A stretch of 64,000 nucleotides of DNA from Alphaproteobacteria bacterium. Lineage in GTDB: Bacteria; Pseudomonadota; Alphaproteobacteria; UBA828. Numbering within the stretch: the stretch's first letter is position 1; every line of letters starts with the position of its first letter. The stretch is taken from assembly GCA_965214705.1 (NCBI GenBank), contig OZ243972.1, forward strand, positions 2,272,001 to 2,336,000, given 5' to 3'. Positions 59,122 through 64,000 of the stretch are shown one piece after another. Below the pieces are notes generated by a model. The model was given only the letters and a program-made list of their open reading frames with translations. It was not told the DNA's origin and made no database searches. The position numbers were made by a program, and so were the translations under genes.

Positions 59122-59240
59122 GCATTTCGCTGCCGATAGCCGGTCCTCGCGCAAAGCGGGGGTCGGTGCCGTGTGCTCGTGGCGCGGGAAGCCTGCGGCT
59201 GTTACGGTCCAAGCCCTTTGGGACCCGCGAAAAAGGGAGC

Positions 59241-60047
59241 GTGATGGACGGGCTGGTCATCGACAACGTCTCGATGGTCTTCACCTTGCCCAATGGCGGT
59301 AAGGTCCACGCCCTCCAGGACGTCTCGTTGCACCTGAAGCCCGGCGAGCTGATGGCCGTGCTTGGTCCCTCGGGCTGTGGCAAGACCACGCTGCTCAACA
59401 TTGTCGGCGGCTTTCTGGCGCCGACCGCAGGCCAGGCGCTGCTCAACGGCCATCAGGTGACCGGCCCGCACAAGGAACGCGGCGTGGTGTTCCAGCAGGG
59501 TGCGCTGTTCGAGTGGATGACAGTCGCCCAGAACGTGAGCTTTGGCCCGCGCATGTGCGGCGTGCCCCGCGCCGAGATCAAGCAGATCGTACGCCGCCTG
59601 CTCGACACCGTGGCGCTGAAGGGCTTCGCCGACAAGCCGGTCTATCAGCTCTCCGGCGGCATGCAGCAGCGCGTGGCGCTGGCGCGGTGCCTCGCGAACG
59701 ACCCGGACGTGATCCTGATGGACGAGCCGCTGGGCGCGCTGGACGCGCTCACCCGCGAGAAGATGCAGGGTCTCGTGCTCAAGCTGTGGAAGGAGACCGG
59801 CAAGACCATCATCCTGATCACCCACTCGGTCGAGGAAGCGCTCTTCCTCGGTGAGCGCCTGGTGGTGATGGCGCCGCGCCCCGGCCGGATACATAAGGAA
59901 TACACGCTACCCTTCGCCGAGCAGGGGGTCGAAGGGGACGCGCGCGCGATCAAGGCCCAGCCCGACTTCATCACTGCCCGCGAAGAGATCCTCTCCATGA
60001 TTTGGGAGATGGAGGAGGAGATCATGGGCGGCGCCGACGCACGCTGA
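59241..60047 (+). CDS. tauB: Taurine ABC transporter ATPase
   Basis: GPSGCGKT, LSGGMQQR, DEPLGALDALTRE. Confidence 0.88.
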   Translation: MMDGLVIDNVSMVFTLPNGGKVHALQDVSLHLKPGELMAVLGPSGCGKTTLLNIVGGFLAPTAGQALLNGHQVTGPHKERGVVFQQGALFEWMTVAQNVSFGPRMCGVPRAEIKQIVRRLLDTVALKGFADKPVYQLSGGMQQRVALARCLANDPDVILMDEPLGALDALTREKMQGLVLKLWKETGKTIILITHSVEEALFLGERLVVMAPRPGRIHKEYTLPFAEQGVEGDARAIKAQPDFITAREEILSMIWEMEEEIMGGADAR

Positions 60048-60057
60048 CGAGAAGAGC

Positions 60058-60975
60058 ATGGCGGCGCGCAATCAAAACAAGCAACCCTCGCGCTGGGGCA
60101 TGTGGCTCGGCATCGCGGACACCTCGTTCACCCGGCAGAAGACGATCAAGTTCGGCGATGCGTCGGCGGTGAACTCCGGCCGCCTGTGGTCGGTGCTCAC
60201 CCTGATCCTGCTGATCCTGGCCTGGTGGATCGCGACTATCAGCGGGTTCATCGATCCCCTCTTTTGGCCGCCGCTCGAGGGCAGTCTCTACCCGTGGGAC
60301 AACCCCAATCGGGCTCGGCCCGGCGTCGTCGACCGCTTCGTCAGCCTCTTCGTCGACGGCTACCGCAACATCTCGCTCTGGGAGCACGTCGGGACCTCGG
60401 TCAAGCGCGTGCTGCTCGGCGTCATCATCGGCGCGCTGGTGGGGATCCCGCTCGGCTTTGCCATGGGCCTGAACTCGGTGGCGCGCGGGCTGTTCGATCC
60501 GATCGTCGAGTTCATCCGTCCGATTCCGCCGCTCGCGCTGATTCCGCTGGTCATCCTGTGGCTGGGGATCGACGAGGTCGCCAAGATCTTCCTGCTCTTC
60601 CTGGCTGCGCTCTTCATCATGCTGATCGCGGCCCGCGCCGGCGTGAGCTCCGTGCAAATATCCAAGGTCCACGCGGCCTATTCGCTCGGCGCCTCCAAGT
60701 TCCAGGTGCTGCGCCACGTCATCCTGCCGAACGCCTTGCCGGAGATCTTCACCGGCCTCCGGACCTCCATGGGCGTCTGCTGGGGAACACTGGTCGCGGC
60801 CGAGCTGGTGGCGGCGGATCAGGGGGTCGGCTCGATGATGATGATCGCGAAGAACTTCCTCCAGACCGACGTGGTGGTGATCGGCATCATCATCATCGGA
60901 GCGATCGGGTTCGCCATCGAGATGTTCATGCGCCTGCTCGAGCGATGGCTGATCCCCTGGAAGGGGAAGGGTTGA
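60058..60975 (+). CDS. tauC: Taurine ABC transporter permease
   Basis: RPIPPLA, AAYSLGAS EAA-like loop, LVAAELVAA. Confidence 0.88.
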   Translation: MAARNQNKQPSRWGMWLGIADTSFTRQKTIKFGDASAVNSGRLWSVLTLILLILAWWIATISGFIDPLFWPPLEGSLYPWDNPNRARPGVVDRFVSLFVDGYRNISLWEHVGTSVKRVLLGVIIGALVGIPLGFAMGLNSVARGLFDPIVEFIRPIPPLALIPLVILWLGIDEVAKIFLLFLAALFIMLIAARAGVSSVQISKVHAAYSLGASKFQVLRHVILPNALPEIFTGLRTSMGVCWGTLVAAELVAADQGVGSMMMIAKNFLQTDVVVIGIIIIGAIGFAIEMFMRLLERWLIPWKGKG

Positions 60976-61042
60976 TGACCCGGAACTCGTCCCACTTTGT
61001 GCGGCCGCAGCGTGGCAATGAAAGGAACAGGAACGTAACGCC

Positions 61043-62809
61043 ATGAGAATGACGACTGAAGAGGCCTTCGTGAAGGTCCTGCAACGGCACGGAATCGAGC
61101 ACGTATTCGGCATCATCGGTTCTGCCTTCATGCCGATATCGGACCTCTTCCCCAAGGCCGGGATCACCTTCTGGGACGTGGCCCACGAGAGCAACGCGGG
61201 CTTCATGTGCGACGGCTACACCCGCGCCACCGGCAAGATCGCCATGTGTATCGGCCAGAACGGCCCCGGCATCACCAATCTCGTGACTCCGGTGAAGACC
61301 GCGTACTGGAACCACACACCGCTGCTGCTGGTGACGCCCCAGGCGGCCAACAAGACCATCGGCCAGGGCGGTTTCCAGGAAGTGCCGCAGATGGCGCTGT
61401 TCGAGGAAATGGTCTGCTATCAGGAGGAGGTGCGCGATGCCTCCCGCATGGCCGAGGTCCTCAACCGGGTGATCGAGAACGCGGTCCGTCAGTCGGCGCC
61501 GGCCCAGATCAACGTGCCGCGCGATCTCTGGACCCAGGAGGTCGATATCGAGCTGCCGCCGGTCGTTCACTTGGAGCGCGCCTCGGGTGGCGAGGACTCG
61601 GTCGCTGAAGCGGCGCGGCTGCTCTCGGAGGCGCGATTCCCGGTCATTCTCTCCGGCGGCGGCGTGGTGATCGGGGGCGCGATCGATGAGTGCCGGGCGC
61701 TGGCCGAGCGCCTCGACGCGCCGGTCTGCTCCGGCTACCAGCACAACGACAGCTTCCCCGGCTCGCACCCGCTGGCCGTGGGACCGCTGGGCTACAACGG
61801 CTCCAAGGCGGCGATGGAGCTGATCGCGCAGGCCGACGTGGTGCTGGCGCTCGGCACCCGGCTCAACCCGTTCTCGACGCTGCCGGGCTACGGCATCGAC
61901 TACTGGCCCAAGGACGCAGTGGTGATACAGGTGGAGCTGAACCCGGATCGCATCGGGCTGACCAAGAAGGTCACGGTCGGGATCTGTGGCGATGCCAGGA
62001 AGGTGGCGCGGCAGCTGCGCGAGCAGCTCGCGGCCGGCGCCGGCGACGTGGGCCGAGAGGAGCGCCGGGCAACGATCCACAGCACCCGCTCCGCTTGGCT
62101 CCAGACGCTCGCCAGCATGGACCACGAGGACGACGATCCCGGAACCACCTGGAACGTAGACGCGCGAACGCGCGAGCCGGACCGGATGTCGGCGCGGATG
62201 GCGTGGCGCGCGATCCAGGACGGCCTGCCCAAGGACGCCATCATCTCGTCCGACATCGGCAACAACTGCGCCATCGGCAACGCCTATCCCACCTTCGAGG
62301 AGGGTCGCAAATACCTGGCGCCGGGGCTGTTCGGCCCGTGCGGCTACGGCTTCCCGGCGATTCTCGGGGCCAAGATCGGCTGCCCCGATGTGCCGGTCGT
62401 GGGCTTCGCCGGCGACGGCGCCTTCGGTATCTCCATGAACGAGATGACGTCGATGGGGCGCGAGGGTTGGCCCGCTATCACCATGGTGGTCTTCCGCAAC
62501 TACCAATGGGGCGCGGAGAAGCGGAACTCGATCCTCTGGTACGACAACAACTTCGTCGGCACTGAGCTGAATCCTGACCTGAGCTACGCCAAAGTCGCGG
62601 ACGCCTGCGGGCTGAAGGGCGTCGCGGTGATCACCATGGGGGAGCTGACGACGGCGCTGCGTGAGTCGTGCGCGGCGCAGGCGGACGGCATTACCACCTT
62701 CATCGAGGTCATTCTCAATCAGGAGCTGGGCGAGCCCTTCCGCCGCGATGCGATGAAGAAGCCCAACGTGGTGGCGGGCATCGACGGCGCCGACATGCGC
62801 CCCCAATAG
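61043..62809 (+). CDS. xsc: Sulfoacetaldehyde acetyltransferase
   Basis: [31 protein letters not shown] ThDP motif, [17 protein letters not shown]. Confidence 0.95.
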   Translation: MRMTTEEAFVKVLQRHGIEHVFGIIGSAFMPISDLFPKAGITFWDVAHESNAGFMCDGYTRATGKIAMCIGQNGPGITNLVTPVKTAYWNHTPLLLVTPQAANKTIGQGGFQEVPQMALFEEMVCYQEEVRDASRMAEVLNRVIENAVRQSAPAQINVPRDLWTQEVDIELPPVVHLERASGGEDSVAEAARLLSEARFPVILSGGGVVIGGAIDECRALAERLDAPVCSGYQHNDSFPGSHPLAVGPLGYNGSKAAMELIAQADVVLALGTRLNPFSTLPGYGIDYWPKDAVVIQVELNPDRIGLTKKVTVGICGDARKVARQLREQLAAGAGDVGREERRATIHSTRSAWLQTLASMDHEDDDPGTTWNVDARTREPDRMSARMAWRAIQDGLPKDAIISSDIGNNCAIGNAYPTFEEGRKYLAPGLFGPCGYGFPAILGAKIGCPDVPVVGFAGDGAFGISMNEMTSMGREGWPAITMVVFRNYQWGAEKRNSILWYDNNFVGTELNPDLSYAKVADACGLKGVAVITMGELTTALRESCAAQADGITTFIEVILNQELGEPFRRDAMKKPNVVAGIDGADMRPQ

Positions 62810-63780
62810 TGGACATCGTCGAGCGCCTCATCGCGCAAGCGAAACAGCGTCGGCGTACCGTCGTCCTGCCGGAGGGCGACGACCCGCGGATCCTTCAGGC
62901 GGCGCGGCGGCTGCACGACGAGGGCATCGCTCGTCCCGTCCTGATCGGCGCGCCTGGAGCGTTGGAGGAGGCCGCCGCAGCGGCCGGTGTTTCGCTCGAC
63001 GCCATCGAGAGCGTGGCGCCGGGAGAGAGCGGCACGCTCGACGCCTACGCGACGCTCTACCTCGAAGGCCGGCCGAAGGCGAACGAGCGGGTGGCGAAGC
63101 GCCTGCTCACCAGGCCCTTGTTCTACGGAGCGATGGCGGTGAAGGCGGGCGATGCCGATGCGCTGGTGGCCGGCGCCAGTCAGCCCACGGCGTGGGTCAT
63201 CGAGGCCGGGCTGATGTCGGTGGGGCTTGCGGACGGCATCGCGACACCGTCGAGCTTCTTCATCATGGTGCCCAGGGACGGGGAGCCGCTGGTCTTCGCC
63301 GACTGCGCCGTCAACGTCGAGCCGGACGCGGACGCGCTCGCGGATATCGCCATCGCCTCGGCCAAGAGCGCCGAGAGCTTGCTCGGGGCGCCCGCGCGGG
63401 TGGCCATGCTGTCCTTCTCCACCCACGGCAGCGCCAAGCACGATAAGGTCGAGAAGGTGCGCCGCGCCGTGAAGATCGTGCAGGCACGGGCACCGGAGGT
63501 CGCGATCGACGGCGAGTTGCAGGCGGACGCCGCGCTCGTGCCGCGAGTAGCTGCACTTAAGGTCAAGAACCCGAGCGACGTGGCGGGGCGGGCCAATGTC
63601 CTGGTGTTCCCCGACCTGGATGCCGGCAATATCGGCTACAAGCTGTGCGAGCACGCTGGCGGCATGCGTGCGATCGGCCCGTTCCTGCAAGGCTTCGCAC
63701 GGCCGCTCTGCGATCTCTCGCGGGGCGCGACGGTGGATGACATCGTGGCCGCCGCAGCCATTACCGCTGCGATGGCCTGA
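62809..63780 (+). CDS. pta: Phosphate acetyltransferase
   Basis: [46 protein letters not shown]; GTG start overlaps xsc stop. Confidence 0.94.
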   Translation: MDIVERLIAQAKQRRRTVVLPEGDDPRILQAARRLHDEGIARPVLIGAPGALEEAAAAAGVSLDAIESVAPGESGTLDAYATLYLEGRPKANERVAKRLLTRPLFYGAMAVKAGDADALVAGASQPTAWVIEAGLMSVGLADGIATPSSFFIMVPRDGEPLVFADCAVNVEPDADALADIAIASAKSAESLLGAPARVAMLSFSTHGSAKHDKVEKVRRAVKIVQARAPEVAIDGELQADAALVPRVAALKVKNPSDVAGRANVLVFPDLDAGNIGYKLCEHAGGMRAIGPFLQGFARPLCDLSRGATVDDIVAAAAITAAMA

Positions 63781-63784
63781 CCGC

Positions 63785-64000
63785 TTATCCCCGCTCCTCG
63801 ATCGGCACGTAGTCGCGCGCCTCGGGCCCGGTATAGAGCAGGCGCGGGCGGATCAGGATGTTGTTCTCCAGCTGCTCCATCGCCTGCACGGTCCAGCCCG
63901 GAATGCGCCCGATGGCGAAGATCGGCACGAAGAGATCCTCCGGGATCCCGTGCAGGTAGTAGACGACACCGGCATAGAAATCGACGTTCACGTTGACGCC
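63785..64000 (-). CDS. C-terminus of a citrate synthase/methylcitrate synthase family enzyme (partial)
   Basis: NVDFYAG, FAIGR..GW, IRPRLLYTG. Confidence 0.88.
   Translation of the reverse strand, partial: GVNVNVDFYAGVVYYLHGIPEDLFVPIFAIGRIPGWTVQAMEQLENNILIRPRLLYTGPEARDYVPIEERG

Overview
GC-rich alphaproteobacterial chromosome (GcrA, yfgM-bamB-der and ETF-QO-TPR-ispE synteny; Rhodospirillales-like, an inference). Core blocks are acpS-lepB-rnc-era, gcrA, yfgM-bamB-der, def-fmt-truA and etfQO-TPR-ispE. They alternate with accessory metabolic modules: (i) a five-gene tungsten-type aldehyde oxidoreductase operon (aorABCDE-like) preceded by an orphan coxS and flanked by an acyl-CoA ligase and an SRPBCC gene; (ii) an amidase / sugar-type ABC / hydantoinase-B / LLM catabolic cluster, with two hydantoinase-B genes and no A subunit in the window; (iii) an hpnA-like epimerase, CDP-alcohol phosphotransferase and nucleotidyltransferase trio; (iv) a phd-vapC toxin-antitoxin pair; (v) a divergent PLP enzyme coupled to a PAS-PAS kinase, a REC-REC protein and a single REC protein; (vi) a scarred patch holding a His-rich secreted protein, dnaB and IS3 fragments, a frameshifted Tat solute-binding protein and a Baeyer-Villiger monooxygenase; (vii) a LacI-controlled tauABC-xsc-pta cluster lacking a taurine deaminating gene. 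I saw no rRNA, tRNA, CRISPR array or intact mobile element. All calls come from reading motifs by eye; no database search was run, and several start codons are my best estimate.
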